Of a DNA stretch of 64,000 nt, positions 9,432-19,114 are shown piece by piece (positions within the stretch are counted from its first letter, which is position 1; every line of letters begins with the position of its first letter). The position numbers were made by a program, and so were the translations under genes. The stretch comes from Acinetobacter phage BS46: sequence record MN276049.1. The stretch is one strand, 5' to 3'. The notes beneath the pieces are model-generated. The model saw nothing but the letters and a program-made list of their open reading frames with translations. It was not told the DNA's origin and made no database searches.

Positions 9432-9772
9432 AAGGACATGTGTTATTGAAAAACAAACAAGACACATTAAGAATGGTGAATGAATGCTTAGAGATTGTGT
9501 CTAATCTAAAATTAGAAGACATGAAGAAAGAAGAAGTAATTAGTTATAAGTTCTCTTGGAGAACATTGAGGTTTGAGAAGGTTGTAAAAGAGATTTATGT
9601 TAAGAATTTCTTATTACAAAAACAAGAGGAAGTTAAAGACTACTTAAAAGACTTAGTTAACATGATAATGACAGATAATGAGATATATTTATCAACAACA
9701 TCATATAACGAGTTAGTTAAGTTAAGTAAAGGAGATATTGATATTAACGCTTATTGGTTATTGTATTATTAA
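9428..9772 (+). CDS. hypothetical protein
   Basis: 114 aa ORF, ATGA overlap. Confidence 0.4.
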   Translation: MKGHVLLKNKQDTLRMVNECLEIVSNLKLEDMKKEEVISYKFSWRTLRFEKVVKEIYVKNFLLQKQEEVKDYLKDLVNMIMTDNEIYLSTTSYNELVKLSKGDIDINAYWLLYY

Positions 9773-9991
9773 TTATTTAGTGTTATATTAAGATAAACCA
9801 AATAAACTATAGTTTATTCGTAGCAATCATTTTAATGATTGACATTAATGTTGTTCACATAGTTCACACATTATCGTTTAAAAGAAAGTGACCAAAGAAA
9901 AATTAACTATAACATTGTCAAGAGGGTGTGTCAATATATTTAACAAAACAACAACAATTTAATTGACTTTGTTGTTAAATTGTATAAAGTG

Positions 9992-10020
9992 TTGACGAAC
10001 AAACACTCAAATGATAATGT
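9992..10020 (+). promoter_or_regulatory. sigma70-like promoter in 230-bp intergenic gap
   Basis: TTGACG N17 TAATGT; several further TTGAC-like boxes in 9780-10010. Confidence 0.35.
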
Positions 10021-10337
10021 TATCTTATATGAAAGTTATGAGATTTTTTGGAGGTAGTGTGGATATACGTGAAGATTATTTGAATCAAATAGAAGACGAT
10101 TGTAATAGTTTTAATTTTCATCACATTGAGTTAGTAGAGATTGGTCGTCATGCACCAATAAACCTAGTTGTGTTTCAAGTTTATGATGGGGATGATGCTG
10201 TGTACTTCGGTGCTGAAGTTGAGTCTTGGGTTTTTTATTCTGATTGTGGAGATGATTTTTCGTTTGAGGATATTGTTGATGATTTAAAACCAATTGAACA
10301 TGTTGAAGTTAAAGAAATGAAATGGAGGTTTAAATGA
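10011..10337 (+). CDS. hypothetical acidic protein (start uncertain)
   Basis: ORF overlaps -10 box; likely begins at ATG 10038 or GTG 10060 (GGAGG RBS). Confidence 0.4.
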   Translation: MIMLSYMKVMRFFGGSVDIREDYLNQIEDDCNSFNFHHIELVEIGRHAPINLVVFQVYDGDDAVYFGAEVESWVFYSDCGDDFSFEDIVDDLKPIEHVEVKEMKWRFK

Positions 10338-10591
10338 CAACTAATTTTTCTATTTTAATAATCGATGGTCTTGCGATTGAGTCTGTGTATGTTCGAGAAC
10401 TTACTTCTGAAAGTGAGTATGACCTCTCTGATGTTGATCAGGTTGTTGATTTTGTAGCTTATTTTCTTGGTCTCGAGAATTCAACTTTAATTATTGAAAA
10501 ATATAGTCGTTTTGCTAGATATGCTAGTATAAACTATGAAGACACGTATGGAGTAAAAGAAATTATTTTAACTTGGGAGAATTTTCAATGA
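10334..10591 (+). CDS. hypothetical protein
   Basis: 85 aa ORF, ATGA overlap. Confidence 0.4.
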   Translation: MTTNFSILIIDGLAIESVYVRELTSESEYDLSDVDQVVDFVAYFLGLENSTLIIEKYSRFARYASINYEDTYGVKEIILTWENFQ

Positions 10592-10842
10592 TTGGTCAAG
10601 ATATTGAGAATAAAGCTATTAATGATTTTAAAGATGCTTTATTAAAGATTAACGGAGCATTACTTAAATCTGGAACAGATACGAGTGAAGTTGTTATTAT
10701 GTTACCAAAAGAAGATTGGAATTATTGGTACACTGTGTTAAGCTATGAGAATTCAAATGCAAATAAGTTCTTTAAACCAAGTGATGAATTACCAAATGAG
10801 TTTAAACTTGCTGGGATTAAAGTTAGATCATTTAAGGGTTAA
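10588..10842 (+). CDS. hypothetical protein
   Basis: ATG 10588 after GGGAGA. Confidence 0.45.
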   Translation: MIGQDIENKAINDFKDALLKINGALLKSGTDTSEVVIMLPKEDWNYWYTVLSYENSNANKFFKPSDELPNEFKLAGIKVRSFKG

Positions 10843-10893
10843 TTAGTTTACGGTTTAAAAACATTATTAAATTGTGATATTGGAGGAAATATA

Positions 10894-11196
10894 GTGTATA
10901 ATATTATTAAACTAACAGTTAAGAATAGATCAACAATTAAATCTGGAAGTGTTGTTGATGTTGAGGTAAATGAAGAAGTTGTAATTCCGTATGTCAAAGG
11001 TCTTGGTTGTAAAGCATATGGTCAGTTCTTCTTGCGTAAATCCATTACAAAGCGTGGGGTAATCCAGATGGTAAATTCACCATTTCCTGAAGGTTATATC
11101 GGTAAACCGTTGGTGGTGCTAAAGAACGATGATGTTTCTGATATTGAGCTACTAGCTGGTGATGAATTAGGTGAGTTGTGGATTTTTGATAAGTGA
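10894..11196 (+). CDS. hypothetical protein
   Basis: GTG start after GGAGG. Confidence 0.45.
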   Translation: MYNIIKLTVKNRSTIKSGSVVDVEVNEEVVIPYVKGLGCKAYGQFFLRKSITKRGVIQMVNSPFPEGYIGKPLVVLKNDDVSDIELLAGDELGELWIFDK

Positions 11197-11219
11197 GTTA
11201 TACAGAGGTTTTATAGTTT

Positions 11220-11390
11220 ATGAATTTTACAGAGTATTTAAGTAATATTGATGATATCCTAACAGACAATGGTTTTTATATGGACACATTGGAAGAAGAT
11301 GAATATAAAGAATTAGTTGCTAAATTTAAGAAATGTTTTAAATCTGGTGTTGAAGTTGATGCTGCTGTTGATAAAGTAATGAACTGGTAA
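11220..11390 (+). CDS. hypothetical small protein (56 aa)
   Basis: MNFTEYLSNIDDILTDNGFYMDT...; same strand as operon; competes with antisense track ORF 11276-11494. Confidence 0.3.
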   Translation: MNFTEYLSNIDDILTDNGFYMDTLEEDEYKELVAKFKKCFKSGVEVDAAVDKVMNW

Positions 11391-11417
11391 TTGAAATTAG
11401 AATATCTTTTAACATAT

Positions 11418-11447
11418 AGGAGAGTGTTATGCATTTCTCCTTTTTGT
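11418..11447 (+). terminator. rho-independent terminator
   Basis: AGGAGA-N12-TCTCCT hairpin followed by TTTTTGTATT. Confidence 0.55.
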
Positions 11448-11460
11448 ATTGGAGGGAAAA

Positions 11461-13275
11461 TTGGGTAATTGTATTGGACATCAACCATGTCCACAATGTC
11501 AATCTGAAGGTAGAGATACTAGTGGTGACAATTTAGCAGTGTATGATGATAATTCTAAGTATTGTTTTAGTTGTGGATATAGCGAGAAAGGTGATAGTAA
11601 TTTAGGGTTAAAGGAGAAAAAGTTGATCAGTTCAGAAAAAGAATTGGAAAAGTTATTAAATAAGAAATTAAGTAAAGAAGAAATTGACGCGATTGTCAAG
11701 GAAACGAGTTCTGATCCTAAAGGTTGGCGTGGATTACAGGATCGTTATTTAAAAGGATTAGGGATTCGATTTAAGCATGATGATAGTGGTAATCCTTGTG
11801 AAATGTTAACTCCAACAACGACAACGTTGAATGGTAAGACAGAATTTGTTGGTTTTAAATCTCGTAAATTTCCTAAAGATTTCTCAAGTCCTAAGGGGTA
11901 TGTTGGTAATCTTTGTGATTTAATTGGTTATCATAAATTTAAAAACAACAAGAGAACTCTTGTATTGGTCGAGGGCGAAGGAGATTTTGCTTCTGCTTAT
12001 CAAATGTATCAAATGGATATGGAAGCTAAAGGTAAAAAATATGAAGTCCCTGCTGTTGTTTCTGTAGTTAACGGTATTAGTTCTCTTATTAAGTTGTTTA
12101 AAGAAAATGATAATAACTTTAAATTCTTTAAACAATTCGAACGAGTAGTTATTGCCGTTGATAACGATGAGGTTTCAAATAAGATAGTTGCAGAGTTTAT
12201 TGAGCAGATGCCACGAGAGACACTTTATCGGGCTACATTGCGATATAAAGATGCTAATGATTATTTGACACGAGGTGCTATCAATGAGTGGGTAAATGAC
12301 ACTTATTGGAATCCTACTCCTTGTTCTGTTGCTAGTATTGCTGGTAGTAATGATTGGTTGTCAGATGCTAAAGAAGAGTTGACAACACCACGATTATTAT
12401 TACCACCATTCATGCAAGGTGTTAATGCTGCAACACGAGGTGGTTTACCAATGGGAAGATATGTTATCTTTGCTGGTGCTAGTTCGATTGGTAAGACGGT
12501 TTTTGTTAACTCTATGATCTACGATTGGATTATTCAAGACACACACCGAATTGGTGTTGTCAGTTTGGAATTGTCAAGAGGTCAATATTATGTTGAGATG
12601 TTGTCTCGTCATATTGGAGTAAACATTGACGATATTGATGACAATAATGAGCGAGCTGTACTACTTGATAATGTAGATGTTGTTGATCGTGGTAATGAAT
12701 TATTCATGCGTGAAGATGGTACAAGTCGTTTCCATGTTGTTGATGATCGTGACGGAAGTATTGCTAAGATTCAAGAGTTGTGTGAAGAGCTTGTTCTTAA
12801 ACACAATATTGATGTTTTAATTCTTGATCCAATCAGTGATTTAACACAAAGACTTGACAACCAACAACAAGTAGTGTTTAATAGCTGGATTAAATCATTT
12901 ATTAAAAAACACAACGTGTTAATTGTTGGTATTAGTCATGTTAAGAAAGGTGACAAGAACTACGATAATGGTGATATTCCAGATGAAGGTGATCTAATTG
13001 GTAGTTACTCTGGTGCTTCTTCTGCTGCTGCAATTTTCTTCTTGAGTCGTAATAAGATGAGTAATGATTTGGTTGAACGAAACACTACATTAGTTACAAC
13101 TCCAAAGATTCGTTGGACTGGTAGAACAGGTGTAGTTGATAGAGTTTTCTTTGATCATACAACTAGACGCTTAATCAATTATAAAGATTATATGTCTGGA
13201 GATTATGTTCGAACTACAGAAACAGAAGAAAAGTCAGAAGATAATGAGACAAAGAAAGAAGTTATAGATTTTTAA
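11461..13275 (+). CDS. bifunctional DNA primase-helicase (T7 gp4-like)
   Basis: N-terminal Cys4 zinc ribbon CPQC...CFSC, TOPRIM region, DnaB-like helicase Walker A GASSIGKT; start TTG 11461 after GGAGGG (or TTG 11449). Confidence 0.75.
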   Translation: MGNCIGHQPCPQCQSEGRDTSGDNLAVYDDNSKYCFSCGYSEKGDSNLGLKEKKLISSEKELEKLLNKKLSKEEIDAIVKETSSDPKGWRGLQDRYLKGLGIRFKHDDSGNPCEMLTPTTTTLNGKTEFVGFKSRKFPKDFSSPKGYVGNLCDLIGYHKFKNNKRTLVLVEGEGDFASAYQMYQMDMEAKGKKYEVPAVVSVVNGISSLIKLFKENDNNFKFFKQFERVVIAVDNDEVSNKIVAEFIEQMPRETLYRATLRYKDANDYLTRGAINEWVNDTYWNPTPCSVASIAGSNDWLSDAKEELTTPRLLLPPFMQGVNAATRGGLPMGRYVIFAGASSIGKTVFVNSMIYDWIIQDTHRIGVVSLELSRGQYYVEMLSRHIGVNIDDIDDNNERAVLLDNVDVVDRGNELFMREDGTSRFHVVDDRDGSIAKIQELCEELVLKHNIDVLILDPISDLTQRLDNQQQVVFNSWIKSFIKKHNVLIVGISHVKKGDKNYDNGDIPDEGDLIGSYSGASSAAAIFFLSRNKMSNDLVERNTTLVTTPKIRWTGRTGVVDRVFFDHTTRRLINYKDYMSGDYVRTTETEEKSEDNETKKEVIDF

Positions 13276-13280
13276 TATTC

Positions 13281-13305
13281 ATGAGAGCTTCGGCTCTCAT
13301 ATTTT
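13281..13305 (+). terminator. rho-independent terminator
   Basis: ATGAGAGC-TTCG-GCTCTCAT + ATTTT. Confidence 0.6.
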
Positions 13306-13318
13306 AGGAGGATATTTA

Positions 13319-15511
13319 GTGGGTAAGTTTTTTAAAAATGATTGGCTGTACGATATTGAAGTTTACCCGAACATTTGTACATTTGCATTCAAGGAAGCGG
13401 AAACAAATCGAAAGTTATTATTCGAGATTTCAAAGCGAAGAAATGATTTAGATGATTTTTTGGAATTTTGTAGAGAAAGTGTGAGAAATGAATATAGATG
13501 GGTAGGGTTCAATAATCTAGGGTTTGATTATCCAGTTATACATTGGATTTTACTTAAAGCTTCGTCCGCTAAATCATCTAGAGAAAAACTAAAACTTACT
13601 GCTAATCAGATTTATAAATACGCAATGAAGGTTATTGATAGTAAACGTGATGGTCAGTTTGGTATTAACATTAAATCTGAAGATTGTTTAATTATACAAT
13701 TAGATTTATTTAAGATCAACCATTATGATAATAAAGCTAAGATGACCTCGTTGAAGTTATTAGAATTTAATATGCGTTTGGACAATATTAGTGATTTACC
13801 ATTCCCTGTAGGTAAAACTTTAACATCAGAAGAGATGGATACATTAATTGAATATAACTTCTCAGATGTTGATGCTACACATATTTTTTATGAGTTGAAT
13901 TATGATGCTATTAAATTTCGATCTGAATTAACAGAAAAATACGGGTTTGATTGTACAAATTTAAATGATTCGAATATTGGAGAACAGTTCTTTATTCGTA
14001 AGATTGAAGCAGAAAATCCTAATGCATTTTATGATTATGATATTGTTTCTGGAAAGAAGATTAAGAAACAAACTAAACGACCATTTGTTCGAATTGGAGA
14101 TTGTTTGTTTGATTATCTGAAGTTTCAAACTAAAGAAATGCAAGCTTTACATGCATGGTTTAAGAAGCAAGTAATTACTGAGACGAAGGGTGTATTTAGT
14201 GATATCGAAGAACACGATCTTGGTGAGCTTGCTAATTACTGCGAGTTGGTTACAAAAGAGGTTAAGTTTAAAACAGAACCAACAGAACAGGAAAAAGAAG
14301 AGTTTTTGAAAGCTCATCCTATGGGGTGGTTTGAAGTTCGTGAACTTAAAGCAATGGAGACATTGAAAGATGAAAATGGTAATCCAGTAAAAGAATCTTA
14401 TGTTGACGATAAGGGTAAAACTAAAGAGCGTGTAGTGAAGGTCCATAAAAAGGCTTTTTACGGCTGTTATAGGCTTGCTGATACACTCAATGTGGTGTTA
14501 GGTGGTATGAGGATTGATTACGGTGTAGGAGGGCTTCACGGGGCTGTACAAGGACATCATAAAAAGACAGCAGACAAGAGAATTAAATCTTGGGATGTTG
14601 CCTCAATGTATCCTAATATTGCAATTGCAAATAGAGTTTATCCTGAACATCTTGATGAAACTTTCTGTGATAGTTATGAAGATTTTTATAATGAACGTAA
14701 GAAGTTTCCTAAAGGTACAGGTGAGAATTTGGCAATTAAACTTGGCTTGAACTGCGTGTACGGTAAGTCTAATAGTGAGTTTAGTTGTTTCTACGATACA
14801 GCATATACAATGAAGATTACTGTAAATGGACAGTTAACGTTATCTATGCTTTTAGAAAGACTTATTATTGATTGTAATGTAAAACCTCTTATGGCTAACA
14901 CAGATGGTTTTGAGGTATTGATTGATAATGATCAAATTGAAAAAGCTGATTCAATTGTAACACGTTGGGAAAAATACGTAGGATTACAAATGGAAGCTGT
15001 TGAATACTCAGATATGTTTATTCGAGATGTAAACAACTATACAGCAGTATATGTTAATGGTGATATTAAGCAGAAAGGTGCTTATGAATATAAACCATTC
15101 TTGAGTAAAGATTTGGGAATGATGCATAAAAACCATTCAGCAATTATTGTACCAATGGCAGTTGAACATGAGTTAATGGGTAAAGGCAGTGCTGAAGATT
15201 TTATTCGAAGTCATAAAGATAAGTTTGATTTTATGTTGAGAGCGAAAGTTCCACGTAACTCAAAATTGGTTCTTGAAATTGATGGTGAGGATATTGAGCA
15301 GCAAAATATCTGTCGCTACTACGTTTCTGAAGAAGGTGGTTATTTAACAAAAATTATGCCACCATTACATGAAGGTGGTGAGGATAGACGTATGAGTATT
15401 GAGAGTGGTATTAAAGTAAAGACATGTAATGATATTAATGATTTCAAATGGGATATTAATTACAGTTATTATATTGAACAAGCAGATAAGTTGCTTGAAT
15501 TTTTTCGTTAA
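13319..15511 (+). CDS. DNA polymerase, family B, with 3'-5' exonuclease domain
   Basis: ExoI YDIEVYPN, ExoII FNNLGFDYPV, ExoIII YNFSDVDATHIFYEL; PolB motifs DVASMYPN (A), KLGLNCVYGKSNS (B), ANTDGFEV (C); GTG start after AGGAGGA. Confidence 0.8.
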   Translation: MGKFFKNDWLYDIEVYPNICTFAFKEAETNRKLLFEISKRRNDLDDFLEFCRESVRNEYRWVGFNNLGFDYPVIHWILLKASSAKSSREKLKLTANQIYKYAMKVIDSKRDGQFGINIKSEDCLIIQLDLFKINHYDNKAKMTSLKLLEFNMRLDNISDLPFPVGKTLTSEEMDTLIEYNFSDVDATHIFYELNYDAIKFRSELTEKYGFDCTNLNDSNIGEQFFIRKIEAENPNAFYDYDIVSGKKIKKQTKRPFVRIGDCLFDYLKFQTKEMQALHAWFKKQVITETKGVFSDIEEHDLGELANYCELVTKEVKFKTEPTEQEKEEFLKAHPMGWFEVRELKAMETLKDENGNPVKESYVDDKGKTKERVVKVHKKAFYGCYRLADTLNVVLGGMRIDYGVGGLHGAVQGHHKKTADKRIKSWDVASMYPNIAIANRVYPEHLDETFCDSYEDFYNERKKFPKGTGENLAIKLGLNCVYGKSNSEFSCFYDTAYTMKITVNGQLTLSMLLERLIIDCNVKPLMANTDGFEVLIDNDQIEKADSIVTRWEKYVGLQMEAVEYSDMFIRDVNNYTAVYVNGDIKQKGAYEYKPFLSKDLGMMHKNHSAIIVPMAVEHELMGKGSAEDFIRSHKDKFDFMLRAKVPRNSKLVLEIDGEDIEQQNICRYYVSEEGGYLTKIMPPLHEGGEDRRMSIESGIKVKTCNDINDFKWDINYSYYIEQADKLLEFFR

Positions 15512-15523
15512 AGGAGAGTTAAT

Positions 15524-16549
15524 ATGAAATATAAAAAAGGTGATAAAGTAGAGGTTGTAGAGTTTCTTAGTTCTACAGCAGCAAGTTATGGGGTTAAAAT
15601 CGGTGATATTGGTGTTGTAGCTATTGCATATGATGTTGGTGATGGTGTTCCGTATTTTGTGAAGTTAGATGCTATCAAAACTGGTAGTAATGGTTTATGG
15701 TTTAGTGAAGAGGGTATTAAATTGGTTAAAGAAGATGGTGTTGAAAAGAAAGTTGGTGAGCTGAAAGCTGGTGATAAAGTTATTTTAACTAATGCTCGTG
15801 CTGATAATGCAAGATATTATAATTTAAAAGAAGGTATCAAAGGTACTGTACGTGAAAATGATGGTGGTACTTATAAACCTATTCTTGTTGACTTTGAGGA
15901 GGCTTCAATTTGGGTTGATGCTGGTGATTTACAATTAGATGTTGTAGTTGAAAAAGAGAAAATTGAAACTGGTGATATTGTAAGTATTATTTCTAAGGAA
16001 AAGACCACTGATAAGTACGGTTGGTCCTGTCTTATGAAGCAGGTCGGAGAATCAATGAAAGTTGATGGTATTTATGGTGTGACTGTTGAGAATGGTATTT
16101 TTAAATATCATATTGACGATCTTGTTCTGCTTCGTAAAAGTAATGATGTTGATGAGTCTCACACAGAAAATCAAGACAAACCAGTAGACGATGCAGTTAA
16201 TAAACCTAAACACTACACTTCAGATGAGAGTGGTGTTGAATGTATTGATATTACAAAGAATATGTCTTTTGTTTACGGTAATGTTTTAAAATATTGTTGG
16301 AGAGTTGGTAAGAAAGACGATGATGTTCAAGAGCTGAGCAAAGCTCTTTGGTACTCTGAGTTTGGTATTAACAATAACATTCCAATCTTTATTAGTGAAA
16401 CATCTCTTGAGGATGAGAAGAATATACACAAAGTGTTAAAATTCTCAAAAGGGTGGAAGTACGTATTGTTAAATGCTATTTATTGGAATGACAAAGAAGA
16501 AGTAAATCGTGCAGTAAAAGGGCTTCTTGAGGATATTAACATTTCTTAA
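15524..16549 (+). CDS. DUF3310-domain protein with three N-terminal SH3/KOW-like repeats
   Basis: C-terminal PKHYTSDESGVECIDITKNMSFVYGNVLKYCWR resembles DUF3310; three repeats K(K/A)GDKV... Confidence 0.55.
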   Translation: MKYKKGDKVEVVEFLSSTAASYGVKIGDIGVVAIAYDVGDGVPYFVKLDAIKTGSNGLWFSEEGIKLVKEDGVEKKVGELKAGDKVILTNARADNARYYNLKEGIKGTVRENDGGTYKPILVDFEEASIWVDAGDLQLDVVVEKEKIETGDIVSIISKEKTTDKYGWSCLMKQVGESMKVDGIYGVTVENGIFKYHIDDLVLLRKSNDVDESHTENQDKPVDDAVNKPKHYTSDESGVECIDITKNMSFVYGNVLKYCWRVGKKDDDVQELSKALWYSEFGINNNIPIFISETSLEDEKNIHKVLKFSKGWKYVLLNAIYWNDKEEVNRAVKGLLEDINIS

Positions 16550-16560
16550 CATTGTTATTG

Positions 16561-16589
16561 TTGACAAGGGAATTTATGTTTGCAATAAT
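16561..16589 (+). promoter_or_regulatory. sigma70-like promoter at start of non-coding island
   Basis: TTGACA N17 AATAAT. Confidence 0.45.
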
Positions 16590-17273
16590 ACTTATCTAGA
16601 TTGATCGAATCTGTAGGCGATACAGCATGGCAATATGTGGTCAGATAGTATATAAGGCGGTTGCTGCAAGCCTTGCACTTAAAATTCTGACATGCAACTA
16701 TTCGCACGTTGCCGATCAATCTATTAAACAAGTGATTTATTCTGTATAGAGGATTGCTTAGGCGGTCGGTTGCTTGTTTTGACTGCTAGGAATAGACTAG
16801 CAAACTTAGAGAAGTGAATAGCTTAGGTGCTAGAATATTGCAGTTCACATTACAATATTGAATTAATTACTCAATCGGTTAATGTGGCGGTGGGATTGAT
16901 CAACCATTGTAAAATACTGTTGTATTGGTGAGTTAGATTCTCCCATGTTCACTTCATCTAAGTTTAAATTAAACTGATGATCACGTAGCTTTCGGCGTAA
17001 CTAAAACCGTTGGGTTATGAAACGTTAAGTACAAGATATTCTCGAAAGTCCAAACGCCTTGAGCGATATTACGAGATGGTGACGGGAACAATGAAAGGAC
17101 AACCCCAACCCCCTACTTGCAATGTGGTATTAGCGTCAAGTCAAAATGACAAAGTGCAAGATTGTAGACTGACTGATAGGAATAGACTATCACTTTCACA
17201 ATTAAAAAACGCATAAAGCGTCTATTAATATTTAAAATAAAACACAAAGAGTGTAATAATAGGAGTAAATAAA
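16590..17273 (+). other. 0.7 kb ORF-free, GC-richer island (candidate structured ncRNA / cis element)
   Basis: No convincing ORF on either strand; repeated motifs TAGGAATAGACTA (16787-16799, 17177-17189), GGCGGT x3, GATTGATC x3; directly downstream of a consensus promoter. Confidence 0.4.
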
Positions 17274-18290
17274 ATGGCTTTTAACGCATACAATACATCT
17301 ACAAGTTCAGAAACTAAACCAAAAGTAACTGTCAATTTCGAAGCGCTCAATCAATACGTTATAGATACAGCAGAGTGTGAACAACCAGAAACTTTAACTG
17401 GTGTAATTTCTGCAATCGTTGATTTAGGTAATCAAAAACAACCTGACTCAGAATATGATGTTGATGCTGGTGATGAGAATTTAACTGTTGAAGAGTTAAT
17501 GGAGAAGTATAAAGATCAATTAGCATCTAACTTCCCTGATGATGAACAGTACGGTAAAATTACTAAATTCGCTAAAGCTTACGATGGTCAAAAGAAAGAT
17601 TGGATTATTAAGAAATTTGTAAAGCAGAAAGATCGTCAATCGGTTGCATTTGCTGTTGATTTCCCATCTATCCAATTAGATAAAGGTAAGTTCTTCGGTG
17701 ATGATTCTGGTGAAACTAAACCATTGCGTTTATGGTCTGGTGGTCAATTCTATAATCCTTTCCAAAAGAAAATGATTATTCAAAACCTTTTACCTTTGAA
17801 GGTTACAAACATTTCAAAAGTTGATGGTGAAAAGGTTTGGTCACTTAATCCAAAATCTGTTTTACATAAAATGGCAGTAGCAGCTAAGATTATCAAGCAA
17901 GAGGAAGCTTTCCTTCCACAAGACATTGATAAACTTCTTGGTAAGACATTGCAATTTAAAGTTCAGATTAAGAACACAATTGGTAAAGATGGTAAGAAGT
18001 ATTACACAGAGAAAATGTCTTTTGTTGGTGCTTTAGGTCGTGGTCAAAAAGAAGAGAGTGTTGATAAAGTACATTTGATTCAGTTTGATGAGGTTAACGA
18101 TCAGGAGTCTTTGAAAGAATTACGTAAGCATGTAATCAATACAATTGAGAATGCTACTAACTTTGAAGGAAGTGCTATTCAAGCTCAATTACTTGAAGTT
18201 CGTCCTCAGTCTTTTATGAAGAAAGAGGAAGTTAAAGTTAAAGAGTCTGTTTTTACTGATGAAGATTTGGATGATAGTCTGCCATTCTAA
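17274..18290 (+). CDS. putative single-stranded DNA-binding protein
   Basis: 338 aa; acidic C-terminal tail ...TDEDLDDSLPF ending in aromatic residue as in SSB/gp2.5/gp32; strong RBS; position in replication module. Confidence 0.4.
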   Translation: MAFNAYNTSTSSETKPKVTVNFEALNQYVIDTAECEQPETLTGVISAIVDLGNQKQPDSEYDVDAGDENLTVEELMEKYKDQLASNFPDDEQYGKITKFAKAYDGQKKDWIIKKFVKQKDRQSVAFAVDFPSIQLDKGKFFGDDSGETKPLRLWSGGQFYNPFQKKMIIQNLLPLKVTNISKVDGEKVWSLNPKSVLHKMAVAAKIIKQEEAFLPQDIDKLLGKTLQFKVQIKNTIGKDGKKYYTEKMSFVGALGRGQKEESVDKVHLIQFDEVNDQESLKELRKHVINTIENATNFEGSAIQAQLLEVRPQSFMKKEEVKVKESVFTDEDLDDSLPF

Positions 18291-18358
18291 TTTGAACAAT
18301 AATCTTAAATAAGGGGCACAAGGCCCCTTCCTAAGTAATTATATTAAGGAGATAAGTT

Positions 18359-18586
18359 TTGATTAGTCGTAACGGTATTGAGTTGACTGTAGGGTTGAAG
18401 GTTTTGGTTCTTCGAACACCTATAAAAAATCAACACGAGTTTTATGAAGGGGTGATCACCAAACTAACAGATAAACAAGTTGTTGTTGAGGGTAAAGGAC
18501 AGCAGCATAAATGGAGGTATGGTGGTGACGATAAGGAAAGTACGTTTGAGTACAAGCGTTATCCAGAACAAGTAATCGTAATCTGA
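18359..18586 (+). CDS. hypothetical protein
   Basis: 75 aa ORF. Confidence 0.4.
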   Translation: MISRNGIELTVGLKVLVLRTPIKNQHEFYEGVITKLTDKQVVVEGKGQQHKWRYGGDDKESTFEYKRYPEQVIVI

Positions 18587-18596
18587 GGAGAAATAA

Positions 18597-18749
18597 ATGA
18601 CTAAAGTAATTAAAATTGGAATGCTAACTTTAGATATGGGTAGTGTTTCTGATGCAATTTATGTAAACACAAAGAAAGCTGATCAATTTAATACAGCTTT
18701 ACAGTTTGCAACATATCAAGCATCATTTGAGAAAAAGAAAGCTAAATAG
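18597..18749 (+). CDS. hypothetical small protein (50 aa)
   Basis: GAGGAG RBS + ATG 18597; not in ORF track. Confidence 0.35.
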   Translation: MTKVIKIGMLTLDMGSVSDAIYVNTKKADQFNTALQFATYQASFEKKKAK

Positions 18750-18760
18750 TTTGGTGTATT

Positions 18761-19114
18761 ATGAATGATGATGTAGATGATGAGTTTGTAGAGGAAATTG
18801 ATACAGTTGAAGACGAGGATGATCTAAAGGATTTATCTACATATGAAAGAGCAAAACTTGCTCGTAAAGCTGTTCAACATCGAAGGTTTTTTGTTACTCT
18901 GAGAAGTAAGCAAATTTACAGATCATTTAGAAAGACAATCAAGAAAGATCTGGACGATTTTACAGAAGATGAAATGTTAACAATATTTCGTGTTGTTGCT
19001 GATGCTTTGAATATGAAGAATCCTGATCTTAACTTACAAGCATATCGACATATGAGAGCAAGAGTTGAGCGAGCTTATAATCGTCAGAAACAGCTTTTAG
19101 GGAGAACTAAATAG
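18761..19114 (+). CDS. hypothetical protein with acidic N-terminus
   Basis: 117 aa ORF. Confidence 0.4.
   Translation: MNDDVDDEFVEEIDTVEDEDDLKDLSTYERAKLARKAVQHRRFFVTLRSKQIYRSFRKTIKKDLDDFTEDEMLTIFRVVADALNMKNPDLNLQAYRHMRARVERAYNRQKQLLGRTK

Noticed and set aside
11429-11539. Perfect AGGAGA-N6-ATG start at 11429 upstream of primase-helicase, suggesting a leader peptide or frameshift
   Set aside because: The SD and ATG lie inside the loop of a terminator hairpin (AGGAGA...TCTCCT + T-run), and the frame terminates after 36 codons out of frame with the primase. The primase more likely starts at TTG 11461 after GGAGGG.
17010-17216. Track ORF (68 aa) inside the 16.5-17.3 kb island
   Set aside because: It has no SD and the peptide looks like translation of structured or GC-rich non-coding sequence. 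The region is better treated as non-coding.
18318-18337. GC-rich hairpin AAGGGGC-ACAAG-GCCCCTT after the SSB-like gene as a terminator
   Set aside because: It is not followed by a U-tract, so at most it is an RNA-stability hairpin or a weak terminator.
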